Counted from the first letter of the stretch, positions 8,831 to 18,296 are shown. The stretch: DNA of 52,223 bases from Luteolibacter sp. (GCA_036824745.1 DAISZP010000001.1:1-52223), one strand, 5' to 3'. Notes: generated by a model from the sequence alone, not told the origin. Numbers and translations are program-made.

Positions 8831-11800
8831 ATGCATATGAACACGCATCGACAATTCTCGCGAGTTCGGCACGTAATCGCGCTTGCCACGCTCTCCACTA
8901 TCCTTTTGGGAAGGCAATCGGCGCAAGGCGCGGAATCAATCATACCACTCAACTCAACGAATGCATCCGACACATTTGTCCGCTCATCCGTTCCTGACGA
9001 AAGCTTCAACAACATACAGCTGAATGTCGGAGGCTGGGGAGATATTTATGAATCGCTGTTCAAATTCGACCTCTCGATTTTGCCTAGCACCACGACGCAG
9101 CTCAAATTGATGCTTTACAGCGACCCCACGTATTTCAGCGGTGGAACATCGGTCGGCATGTCGTTGAACCGGGTCACTTCAGCATGGAATTCGCAAATCA
9201 CATGGAACACCAAGCCGGCTTACACGGCTGTCGCATCGCTTCCAGCTGCGACTGTCGGGCAATGGTATGAGGTAGACCTGACCTCACAGCTCAGTCTTTG
9301 GAAATCCGGCACAGAGAATCATGGAATCCTGCTTCATCCTGATGGCACGAGCAATCAGTGGAACCGCTTCACGAGCACGGACAACACCGATACTGCCCAC
9401 CGACCTTACCTAAAAGTTACCTACCACGGTCCCTATACAGTCAGCGGAACGGTATCCGGGGCACTCGCTGGGGCCGACATCATGGTTACGGCATCAACCA
9501 CTGGCACACCTCAAACGGTAAAGGCTGCCACCAACGGCAGTTTCAGCACGGCACCACTCCCTGAAGGCTCGGTGGTGTCGATTTCGGCCTATGCCGACGA
9601 GAATCACAATGGGAAAAGAGAGCCTTGGGAAGCGAAAGGATCATTCGCAGGAAATCCCATCACGCTGGATGATCACAAAACCGGCATCGATTTCGCGGTT
9701 GCTTATCCACCGGATACGGATGGCGACAGCATGCCGGACGATTGGGAAGTCGAAAACGGACTTCAGGTGGGCGTGAACGACTCCTCACAGGATAAGGATG
9801 GAGATGGACTCAAAAACGGAATGGAGGCGTTGCTTGGATCCACAGTCGGAATTCCCGATACGGACAGCGACGGCATCAACGACGGTCAGGAATATTACAG
9901 CAACGGCACCAGCGTCTTCACAGCGGATACGGACGGTGACGGCATGCCGGACAAGTGGGAAATCGACCATCAACTCGACCCCTTGCACGACGACCGGACG
10001 GAAGATCGCGATTCCGATTTTCTCAGCAACTGGGACGAGTTCAACGCCGGGCTGAATCCCTCCAGCGCGGATAGCGATGGCAACGGTGTCACCGATTACA
10101 AACAGCTCAAGGGCAAGACCTCATGGGACGCGCTGCACGATCGCACCAACAGGCTCTTGGGCGTGCGGCACGAACGGGGTGCATCGTTCGGCTACCAATA
10201 CGACGGCAACAGCAACTTGATTCGCCAGGTGAAACTTGGCCGGGATGATGACAATGACGGGCTTTCGGATCTATGGGAGTTTTCTCATGGTCTCGATCCC
10301 AAATCCTCCAATGGAACCAACGGCATGGCCGGAGATTTGGATGGCGACGGATGGACGAATCAACAGGAACAACTGGCCAATTCGGACCCTTCGTCCGCGA
10401 CCGACAAGCCCGGAATCAATGGTACGATTCTCGGTTCTCTTGCTGTTCCCTTTGTTCCGACCGAGTTCATCTCGGCTGCGGGGCAACTCGATGGCTCAGG
10501 TTCCCAAGAACTTCTGGTCGGTGCCGATGGCAATCCGGGCAGCGTGACGAACTTCGTGAGACTCTTCACCGAAGGAGGAACCGGTTGGCAGGGAGAAGAC
10601 ATTCAAATCGGAGCGTATGGGGTGACTTCAGCAGTGATCGGGCAACTTCCTGGCAAGCAGGGAGCGATTTATCTGGGATTGAGAAAGCCCGGAGGGATCG
10701 GGAAAGTTGTGGAACTGACGAGGAACGGTGCGGGAAGCTGGCAGACCCGGACAATCGTGGAAGGAACCGGGGAAGCTGCGTTCGTTTTAGGACTCCGGAC
10801 CAACGTTTCGCCTGGCGATTTGGTCTTCAGCGGATCAACCCGATTCGGACCGGACGGCGCATTGTATCGGGCCGTGCCGAACGGTGAAAACTGGGATGTT
10901 TCATTATTGGAAAGGGAAGCATCTCATCGTGGCAATGGATTGGTCGCTTCCATGTCAAGCTCTGACCAGGCAATCCGGCTTCTTGATCAGGGAGGGATAC
11001 AGGTTTCCGAATCGAAATCCACAACGCAGAATCTGGAGGAGTTCAACGACGGAACAATCGCAGGAACATGGGCCACCGGAGGCCACAATGATGCTGGTGG
11101 GAGCTGGTCCGTGCAGGAAACGGGCGGCAACTTCCGGTTCGCCGTCACATGGACCACATCCGGATCGAATAACGATTCGGATGCCTGGGCGGAGGCGAAC
11201 CTTCTCTGGCCGGGCGATTGGCAGGCGATCCAAATCTCCATCCCGTCATCCGCACACTCAAATTCGTCTTACGGCGGCGGTGACGCCTACGTGCAAGTCG
11301 GCGACGTCACCGTCTATTCGAACGGAACCAATGCCACCCGTCAGAATGTTCTGGTTCAGATCATTCGGAATGATCAGTTGATCTACTTCCGCAGGCAGAT
11401 CAACGGAGCAGCATGGGAAGCGTGGTCATCCGGCACCTTGTCCTCAAGCAATCCATCGAAACTTCGCTTCGGAGTATGGGGACAGGAACCCAACGGTGGT
11501 TCCGCAAGTCTGAATGTGGATTATGTTCGTTACCTACCATCGGCGCAAATTCTCGCGTTGGGTGCGTCTCCGGACTTTGCGAGCACCATCGCGGCCTATA
11601 ATGGAACCACAAGTACGTGGTATTTTAAGACTCCAGCGGCCGTTCCCTGGCGGGAAGCACAACTCCTCGCTCACTCATTGGGTGGCAACCTCGCCACCTT
11701 GGATTCGGCCGATGCCAACACCTGGCTACAAGGAAAGTTCAGCGGAGATTTCTGGGTAGGATACTTTCGAAATTCTTCGACCAGCCCATGGCAGTGGGTC

Positions 11801-13267
11801 AGCAATTCACACAATTTGTTCACCCCCATCCCCTGGGCCAGCGGGCAACCGTCCACTTCCGCGGATCAGGTGTATGCGTTCTCGAATGCCGGGCAGTGGA
11901 GTTCGGCAACCGGAACGGAACTGAAGAGCGGAATCATCGAACTGAAAAGCGCAGTGCCTCAGGTGAAACCAACCGTGGTTTCCGAACCGACCTCTATCAA
12001 CCGACTTCAAATTCCAAGTCGCAGCCTTACGGTCGGCAGGTTCAATTCGTCGACATCATCGGAATCATCCTTAGTTGAAGCTTTCGTTGAAGACCGGACT
12101 CCTCTCGGAGTGGTGAACGATGGGGATGAAATAGTGGTCTCCGAGCTGGTATTGGGAAGCAATCCTGCCACGCAACGCACCCTTACGCGCCGGACGCTGA
12201 CAGGCAGCGGACTGTCGAGTCACTACGGACTTGCCGCGGTTCGAAACCGGACGGGAACGAGCGAGTTTCTCGTGACCGCCGAGTGTGACGGACGAGTCTT
12301 CGCATGGCTGCCTCCCTCAGCGGGGGCATCATTGGAAAGAAAAACGCTCAGCGTTGAACACATTGGTTATTCATGGCATGGTCTGGAAAGGATACCTCTC
12401 GCGGGTGGAGTGGATGGGTTGCTGGGATTGCGGGTGGCAAGCACGACGCCCCAATCGGTCGATCTTGTCTATTGGGATCCCAGCGACTTGGGTTTCTCCA
12501 CTCCCCCCGTCATCCAGCAATCGCCACCCACCGCACGATTGGTAACGACATATTCCGGAGGTGGCGCGACGGCTCCCTTGTCCGTAAGGCTGTGGGACAG
12601 CGAGGGGAATCTGGCCAGAGTGGGCTTCCAGTTTAAAGATCCTACGTCGGGCTTGTGGCAGGACGCCACGGTTCCGCTCGTCAATGGAGCACCTCCTCTA
12701 TCCGGCTTCCACTTGGCAACCGGGCCGGCAGGTGTGACCCATGCAGCGGCGTGGAACGCCGCCCAGGATCTCGGATCCGCATACCGTGGGAACGTGCTGC
12801 TGAGAGTCCAAGGCAGCGACAATTGCGGCAGCGGAGCTTGGTCAGAACCGTTTGCCTACTCCATTGCCGGATTGGTGGACACGGACAACGATGGCATGCC
12901 CGACGCGTGGGAATCCAGTTTCGGCCTGAATCCATCGGTGGCGGATGCAAATCAGGACAACGACCATGATGGTGTCGACAACCTAATGGAGTTCGCGCTT
13001 GGAATGAACCCCAGTTTGTCTGATGCACAACTGCTTCCAAAGATCACGCTGGAAGGCGGATATGCGACATTTACGGTGAATCGCAACGTGGATGCATCAA
13101 ATCTGGTGTTCACTCCGCAAATAGCCACGACACTGGGCGCGTGGAATTCAGGTCCAGGCGTCTTCACCATCATTGAGGATACGTCCAGTCGCCTCAAAGT
13201 CCGCATGACCGACCCAATTAGCGTACGGAACCGAGCGTTCATTCGATTGGCCGTCACCAAACCTTGA
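8831..13267 (+). CDS. Large secreted partner A: DNRLRE-like domain, Ig-like domain, TSP3-type Ca-binding repeats, single YD hairpin, FG-GAP-like core with C-type lectin, C-terminal sorting-type domain
   Basis: Signal peptide. DTFVRS..SLFKFDLS..RPYLKVTY. D-x-D-x-D-G-x-x-D-x-W-E repeats. GQLDGSGSQELLVG. CTL-like WREAQ..LGGNLATL..WQW..WASGQP. Ends AFIRLAVTKP. Confidence 0.88.
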   Translation: MHMNTHRQFSRVRHVIALATLSTILLGRQSAQGAESIIPLNSTNASDTFVRSSVPDESFNNIQLNVGGWGDIYESLFKFDLSILPSTTTQLKLMLYSDPTYFSGGTSVGMSLNRVTSAWNSQITWNTKPAYTAVASLPAATVGQWYEVDLTSQLSLWKSGTENHGILLHPDGTSNQWNRFTSTDNTDTAHRPYLKVTYHGPYTVSGTVSGALAGADIMVTASTTGTPQTVKAATNGSFSTAPLPEGSVVSISAYADENHNGKREPWEAKGSFAGNPITLDDHKTGIDFAVAYPPDTDGDSMPDDWEVENGLQVGVNDSSQDKDGDGLKNGMEALLGSTVGIPDTDSDGINDGQEYYSNGTSVFTADTDGDGMPDKWEIDHQLDPLHDDRTEDRDSDFLSNWDEFNAGLNPSSADSDGNGVTDYKQLKGKTSWDALHDRTNRLLGVRHERGASFGYQYDGNSNLIRQVKLGRDDDNDGLSDLWEFSHGLDPKSSNGTNGMAGDLDGDGWTNQQEQLANSDPSSATDKPGINGTILGSLAVPFVPTEFISAAGQLDGSGSQELLVGADGNPGSVTNFVRLFTEGGTGWQGEDIQIGAYGVTSAVIGQLPGKQGAIYLGLRKPGGIGKVVELTRNGAGSWQTRTIVEGTGEAAFVLGLRTNVSPGDLVFSGSTRFGPDGALYRAVPNGENWDVSLLEREASHRGNGLVASMSSSDQAIRLLDQGGIQVSESKSTTQNLEEFNDGTIAGTWATGGHNDAGGSWSVQETGGNFRFAVTWTTSGSNNDSDAWAEANLLWPGDWQAIQISIPSSAHSNSSYGGGDAYVQVGDVTVYSNGTNATRQNVLVQIIRNDQLIYFRRQINGAAWEAWSSGTLSSSNPSKLRFGVWGQEPNGGSASLNVDYVRYLPSAQILALGASPDFASTIAAYNGTTSTWYFKTPAAVPWREAQLLAHSLGGNLATLDSADANTWLQGKFSGDFWVGYFRNSSTSPWQWVSNSHNLFTPIPWASGQPSTSADQVYAFSNAGQWSSATGTELKSGIIELKSAVPQVKPTVVSEPTSINRLQIPSRSLTVGRFNSSTSSESSLVEAFVEDRTPLGVVNDGDEIVVSELVLGSNPATQRTLTRRTLTGSGLSSHYGLAAVRNRTGTSEFLVTAECDGRVFAWLPPSAGASLERKTLSVEHIGYSWHGLERIPLAGGVDGLLGLRVASTTPQSVDLVYWDPSDLGFSTPPVIQQSPPTARLVTTYSGGGATAPLSVRLWDSEGNLARVGFQFKDPTSGLWQDATVPLVNGAPPLSGFHLATGPAGVTHAAAWNAAQDLGSAYRGNVLLRVQGSDNCGSGAWSEPFAYSIAGLVDTDNDGMPDAWESSFGLNPSVADANQDNDHDGVDNLMEFALGMNPSLSDAQLLPKITLEGGYATFTVNRNVDASNLVFTPQIATTLGAWNSGPGVFTIIEDTSSRLKVRMTDPISVRNRAFIRLAVTKP

Positions 13268-13268
13268 A

Positions 13269-13472
13269 ATGACTCCCAGAGGGAGCGAATCTCCGGCCAT
13301 GGAAAACTCTCCCGAGAGACTGAAGGAGTTGGCGAGGCAAATGGTCCGGGATTTGGAGAGGCAGGCTGCGGAAGAACCGGATGGCCTGCTGGCCGCGCAA
13401 ATTGCCATGACGCGGGAGCTTGAAGAAAAGACGCACGATTGTGACGAAAATTCACTGGGTGAAGACGATTGA
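13269..13472 (+). CDS. Small acidic hypothetical protein
   Basis: 67-aa helical, acidic ORF that fills the gap between partner A and the methyltransferase on the same strand. Confidence 0.4.
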   Translation: MTPRGSESPAMENSPERLKELARQMVRDLERQAAEEPDGLLAAQIAMTRELEEKTHDCDENSLGEDD

Positions 13473-13511
13473 GGATGCCTTGCGAAGGAAGAAATCGAAT
13501 CGCAGGGTTCC

Positions 13512-15512
13512 GTGACCACCGCTGAATATCGACAGGCCATCGAAGCGCTGCCCTACGGCAAGCGGCTTCCAGGGGCGGTCTATGTGGTCGATCCCGGAGC
13601 GGAACCATCCATTCCCTCGCTTCTCCGGATCACCGCTGAGGAACTTCGGAAACGACTTGGGATTGGGCTGGAGTTCAACCTGCTGAAATTCCATACCGCT
13701 TCTCCGAAGATCTCGTTCCTGTCCTATCCGGATTTCGAGAAACACCCCCACCCTGCGTTGTCGGAGTCGATCATCGTGGATCTCATCACGGGAAAGACAC
13801 GCCGTGACGACTACCGCGGACGCGCCAATCCACCGATCCTCCACCGCAAGGAGACCTTCCTGCCACCCGACCACCCGTTTCACGACAAGTTCGCCAAACT
13901 CACCCGGCAGGAAGAAGCCGCCGGTTTGTTGGAGGACACGGCGCGGATCGGATTCCGCCTGAATTGGGAACGGGCCTTGGCGGAGCGTGGGCTTGGGTTC
14001 AAGGGCCACCGGCTTGTGGAGACTGGCGAATCTCGCGCAGAGGCCGCGGCCGCACCGAAGAAGAAGATCAATCGCCACAAGACGGCTCTGGTCCGCCGGG
14101 AGATCTCCAAACCGGTGAAGACCTTATTGGAACTCGGCCAGCTCCGCCGGGGTGAGTCGTTCTTCGATTTCGGCTGCGGTTTTGGCGGGGATGTGGAAGC
14201 CATCGGCAAACTAGGCCATGACTCCGGGGGCTGGGATCCTGTTCACGCACCGGACACCCCGAGAAAAACCGCCGATGTGGTGAATCTCGGTTTTGTGCTC
14301 AATGTGATTGAGGATCCTGCGGAACGCGTGGATGCACTGCTCGATGCTTGGAAACTCACCCGTCGCACGCTTTTGGTATCGACCCTCATCGCCGGGCAGG
14401 AAGCCTACGATGAGATCCAGGCTTTCGGTGACGGCGTGATCACCTCGCGCGACACGTTCCAGAAGTTCTTCGAGCCGTCTGAAATTCAGGCGCTCATCGA
14501 AGACACGCTGCACACCGAGGCGGTTCCGGTTGGCCTTGGGATCTACCTCGTGTTTCGCGATACTGCCGATCTCCACGATTTCCTCGCCCAACGGTCGCGT
14601 CGTTTCATCGACTGGGAGTCGCTCTCGCGGAAGCTCGGCCTTCTCCGGGCGCTCAAGGCAAAACGCGATCCCTACGACACCCATCGCGAACTGCTCGATG
14701 CCTATTGGGAATCGGTGCTCGAACTTGGTCGCATGCCGCGCGACGAGGAATTCGAACGCCTTGCCGAAGTCCGCCAGGCCTGCGGATCCCTTCCCCGTGC
14801 GCTTCAACTCTTCATCGACCGCTTCGGCGAGCCGACTTTCAACGCCGCTCGTCAACGCCGGAAGGAAGACCTGCTCGTGTTCGTCGCAGCGGCCCAGCTT
14901 CGCCACAAGATCCCCTTCAACCAGCTTTCCCCACGGCTTCAGCGAGATCTCCGCTCCTTTTTCGGCAGCTACGCCAATGCTGAGGAAAAAGCCCGCGAAC
15001 TCATGTTTGCCGCCGGCGACGAGGACGAACTGGAAATCGCCGTCGGCCAGCTCAACTTCGGCCACCTCGATCCCAAGGAAGGTCACTTCACCATCCACCG
15101 CAGTCTGCTCGACGAACTCCCGGTGATTCTCCGCGTCTACGTGGAATGCGCGGCCCGCCTCTACGGCAATCCCCGCGAGGCCGACCTCATCAAGATCCAC
15201 CTGCATTCCAGGAAGCTCACCTTCCACTACTACAAGGACTTCGAGAAATCCCCGCTCCCCGAGCTGCTTACACGGATCAAGATCGACCTCAAGCGACTCT
15301 TCGTCACCGTCATCGACCACACCACCGGACCGGAACACCAACTTCTGTTTTTCAAGGAACGTTTCCTGCCCAAGGACCATCCGGACCGCCCGAAAATGAC
15401 CCGCTTCAGCGCCAAGCTACGCAAGCTGGGCCTCCGCGAGGAAACCATCGGCTATGGGCCATCCAAGGAAAAATGGCAGGAGACCATGTCGATGTTGGAC
15501 AACAAATCATGA
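13512..15512 (+). CDS. DNA phosphorothioation-associated putative methyltransferase
   Basis: RHKTAL.R...SKP, SAM motif FDFGCGFGGD, GWDP, DVVNLGFVLNVIEDPAER, TFQKF. PPILHRKETF domain. Located next to dnd genes. Confidence 0.88.
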   Translation: MTTAEYRQAIEALPYGKRLPGAVYVVDPGAEPSIPSLLRITAEELRKRLGIGLEFNLLKFHTASPKISFLSYPDFEKHPHPALSESIIVDLITGKTRRDDYRGRANPPILHRKETFLPPDHPFHDKFAKLTRQEEAAGLLEDTARIGFRLNWERALAERGLGFKGHRLVETGESRAEAAAAPKKKINRHKTALVRREISKPVKTLLELGQLRRGESFFDFGCGFGGDVEAIGKLGHDSGGWDPVHAPDTPRKTADVVNLGFVLNVIEDPAERVDALLDAWKLTRRTLLVSTLIAGQEAYDEIQAFGDGVITSRDTFQKFFEPSEIQALIEDTLHTEAVPVGLGIYLVFRDTADLHDFLAQRSRRFIDWESLSRKLGLLRALKAKRDPYDTHRELLDAYWESVLELGRMPRDEEFERLAEVRQACGSLPRALQLFIDRFGEPTFNAARQRRKEDLLVFVAAAQLRHKIPFNQLSPRLQRDLRSFFGSYANAEEKARELMFAAGDEDELEIAVGQLNFGHLDPKEGHFTIHRSLLDELPVILRVYVECAARLYGNPREADLIKIHLHSRKLTFHYYKDFEKSPLPELLTRIKIDLKRLFVTVIDHTTGPEHQLLFFKERFLPKDHPDRPKMTRFSAKLRKLGLREETIGYGPSKEKWQETMSMLDNKS

Positions 15513-15625
15513 TGCCTCTTGCCATACATCAACGAACGCATGGTCATGGAAGTGAACCTTCGCTGTAGTCCATGTCTTCATTCATTCGGCACGCTGATTG
15601 AAATTCATTTATCCCTGAACCCAAT

Positions 15626-16348
15626 ATGAGCATAGCCCCCGACGAAGTTGCGGACCCGTTCATTCCCTCGCAAATGCTCAGGGAAGCATTCAGCTGGAAA
15701 CTGGCCTCAGAGTTTCACCGCCGTCACCCTTCCGGTCTGTCCATTATTGAGACACACCCCGGGGGCGGCCAGTACGACTGCCTGACCTTGATTCGACAAG
15801 GCAAGGTTCTTGCTAACCTCAACCGGGTCGGCAGCTTCACTCCGATGGAGGCTCCCACAGCCGTCATTTCCTGGGATCAGATTTGGAAGCGGGGGCTTAT
15901 GGACGATGGTATCGGCGAGGTTATGAATCAGATGAGCAGGGCTTGCGGTCTGCCAGTGCCCGCCAAACTGCCACCCACAAACAAGGAATCGCTCGCCTAT
16001 CGGGTAATGGCGGGGATCATCGCCGGCGTTGTATTCGATCAAGCGAGCTGGGAGTGGCGCAATGGACAGGAAGACACTTCCGGTGATGGAAACCAGTTGG
16101 TCCGTGATTGGTGGTTTTCGTTGTTCCCCGGCATGAAAAGTCACCAACCGCTTCCCGACGGTCAGGATTTCCGCGGCAACACCAAATACCGTTTCTGGTT
16201 TTTGCTGCGTGATGGAATACCCGTGTTGTGTGTCACTAGGGACTCCATCTGTCATGGTCGGGGAGGCATCATCAACCTGATGGATCGCTACCAGTCGAAT
16301 CGACGCATTTTGGAACCTGTATCATCCGCTCTCGCTTTGATCCAGTAA
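15626..16348 (+). CDS. Hypothetical protein, possibly TY-Chap2 (T3SS-chaperone-like) family
   Basis: SWKLASEFHRRHP...IIETHPGGGQYDCL resembles the TY-Chap2 motif as recalled; not verified by search. Confidence 0.5.
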   Translation: MSIAPDEVADPFIPSQMLREAFSWKLASEFHRRHPSGLSIIETHPGGGQYDCLTLIRQGKVLANLNRVGSFTPMEAPTAVISWDQIWKRGLMDDGIGEVMNQMSRACGLPVPAKLPPTNKESLAYRVMAGIIAGVVFDQASWEWRNGQEDTSGDGNQLVRDWWFSLFPGMKSHQPLPDGQDFRGNTKYRFWFLLRDGIPVLCVTRDSICHGRGGIINLMDRYQSNRRILEPVSSALALIQ

Positions 16349-16383
16349 TGCCCCGCAATCCGGTTAGAGGATGACTTCAAGGG

Positions 16384-16920
16384 TTACCTGTTCCCGGCAA
16401 GTGCCCGATCCGTCGCTTTGACCAGCTCTTTCAAGAACCCGATCGCCTTCGCCAAATCATCCCGCTTTACCGGGTGCGGCGTGGCTTTCCCTCCAGCATT
16501 GATTGCGCGGTGCACGACATCGCCACGCTTGGAAAGCAGCAAGTCGAGGCGCTTCTTGGCCGCTGCCGGATCGAAGTTCGGCAAATTCCAGTTGGTGGTG
16601 ACGTCGATCTGAAGGTAATCCAAGAACAGCCTACGTGTTTTATCAGAGTTCGGCGTATTGAAACGCTTCAGCTCCTCTTCCAGTCGCCGGGATACGAATT
16701 CACCAATCGGGCTGCCATTGATGAGGTGCAGCCTGTCTTGCATCGCTTCACGGATCCTGTCCTCGACGTAGGTTTCCCATGCGGTGAATGCCATGACCAA
16801 GCCGGCACGTTTCAACACCTCGGCGTCATCGGGAGACTCTTTGTGGAGCCTGTCGAAGTGTGCCAGGAGGGCTTGGGAATCTTTGATCGTCTCGTTGAAG
16901 GTGTCAGCAGAATTAGACAT
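16384..16920 (-). CDS. HEPN-domain protein (RiboL-PSP-HEPN/MAE_28990-like), predicted RNase
   Basis: RAGLVMAFTAWETYVED helix, RFNTPNS, and an intact R-x4-H motif (RGDVVH). Confidence 0.75.
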   Translation of the reverse strand: MSNSADTFNETIKDSQALLAHFDRLHKESPDDAEVLKRAGLVMAFTAWETYVEDRIREAMQDRLHLINGSPIGEFVSRRLEEELKRFNTPNSDKTRRLFLDYLQIDVTTNWNLPNFDPAAAKKRLDLLLSKRGDVVHRAINAGGKATPHPVKRDDLAKAIGFLKELVKATDRALAGNR

Positions 16921-17021
16921 GGATGCCCGCTCCGTTGCGGTGGCTGATTGTTGGGAGAAGCGGCCTGTCAGTCAATCAGCGGCAACTCGTGCGGATCGTT
17001 CCATTCACCGGACCGATCCGA

Positions 17022-18161
17022 CTAGCGCAACCCCTCCACCCGCCCCGCAATCGCCACCCAATCCACCTCGGGCGTCATGTGGCACCAGCTCAGGCGGATC
17101 GCCTCGTTCGCCTCGTCGTCGCTGTAGCCCATGGCCTTGATGACATGGCTGGGAGTGTAGCTGCTGCTCGTGCAGGCCGAGCCGTTGGAAATCGCCACGA
17201 GATCCTTGAGCGCGACGATCAACGCTTCCGAGTCGATTCCGGGGAACGCGAGGTTGAGGACATGATCCATGGTTTCCTCGGGACGGCCGTGGATGCGTGG
17301 TGAAAGTGGGGCGAATGCCTTCAAAGCGGCATCCCTCAACTTCCGGCAGTGTTTGAGGCGTCTCACATGGTTCTTCACGGCCACCTCCGCCGCGGTTCCG
17401 AGCGCCGCCACCAAGGCCACAGGTAGCGTGCCTGACCTGAGTCCGCGTTCCTGCCCGCCGCCGTGGATCAGCGGTTGCAAGGGGGGGCGGTTGTAGCCAC
17501 GACGCCGGGTGATCAGCGCCCCGATGCCTTTCGGCGCATAGATCTTGTGGCCGCTCACGGAAATCAGGTCGATCCGACCCTTGCGCAAGGGCTCCAGATC
17601 CTTGCCGAAGGCCTGAGCGGCATCCGTGTGGAGATACGCTTCGTGCCCTTCCAGCGCTGCACAGATCTCATCGAGCGGCTGCCGGACACCCGTTTCGTTG
17701 TTGGCCGCCATGATGGAAACCAGCAACGTTTCCGGGCGGAGAGCGGATTTCAGTTCCTCCACGTTCACCCGCCCTTGTCCATCACAGCCCAGCCAGGTGA
17801 CTTCGAAGCCCTGTTTCTCCATGACCTCCAGCGGCTCCAGCACCGCCTTGTGTTCGATGCGGGTGCCGACTAGGTGCCGCTTGCCGGTCTCGATGCCGTG
17901 CGCCGCCAGTCCGAGAATAGCCAGGTTGTTCGATTCCGTAGCCCCGCTGGTGAAGATCACCTCGTCACGCTTCGCGCCGACCACCGCGCCGACCTGATCC
18001 CGCGCCTTTTGCACCGCCTGCTTGGCCCGTGAGCCGTATTCGTGGGTGCGGCTGCCCTCGTTTCCAAACTCCTCGGTTAGGTAGTGGAACAGCACTTCCC
18101 GCACCGCGGGATCGAGCGGAGTGGTGGCGTTGCAGTCAAGATAGACGGGATTCTTTGGCAT
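17022..18161 (-). CDS. dndA: Cysteine desulfurase DndA
   Basis: YLDCNATTP, FTSGATESNN, HTDAAQ, SGHKIY (PLP lysine), SNGSACTS (catalytic Cys). Divergent from dndB. Confidence 0.93.
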   Translation of the reverse strand: MPKNPVYLDCNATTPLDPAVREVLFHYLTEEFGNEGSRTHEYGSRAKQAVQKARDQVGAVVGAKRDEVIFTSGATESNNLAILGLAAHGIETGKRHLVGTRIEHKAVLEPLEVMEKQGFEVTWLGCDGQGRVNVEELKSALRPETLLVSIMAANNETGVRQPLDEICAALEGHEAYLHTDAAQAFGKDLEPLRKGRIDLISVSGHKIYAPKGIGALITRRRGYNRPPLQPLIHGGGQERGLRSGTLPVALVAALGTAAEVAVKNHVRRLKHCRKLRDAALKAFAPLSPRIHGRPEETMDHVLNLAFPGIDSEALIVALKDLVAISNGSACTSSSYTPSHVIKAMGYSDDEANEAIRLSWCHMTPEVDWVAIAGRVEGLR

Positions 18162-18206
18162 TGGTGAAATTTCTTACGTTATTTTCTTGCCTGATTTTAA
18201 CGTAGC

Positions 18207-18221
18207 GAACATTTCTTGTTC
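18207..18221. promoter_or_regulatory. Inverted repeat GAACA-N5-TGTTC in the dndA/dndB divergent promoter region
   Basis: Seen directly in the short intergenic region. Arms are only 5 bp, so it could be chance. Confidence 0.3.
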
Positions 18222-18296
18222 ACGAAATTGTGAGCGCCACATGCCGGAGTGAAGCACCTCCGGTTGGCGATTCAATCTCAAATCCCTCTCCAACGC

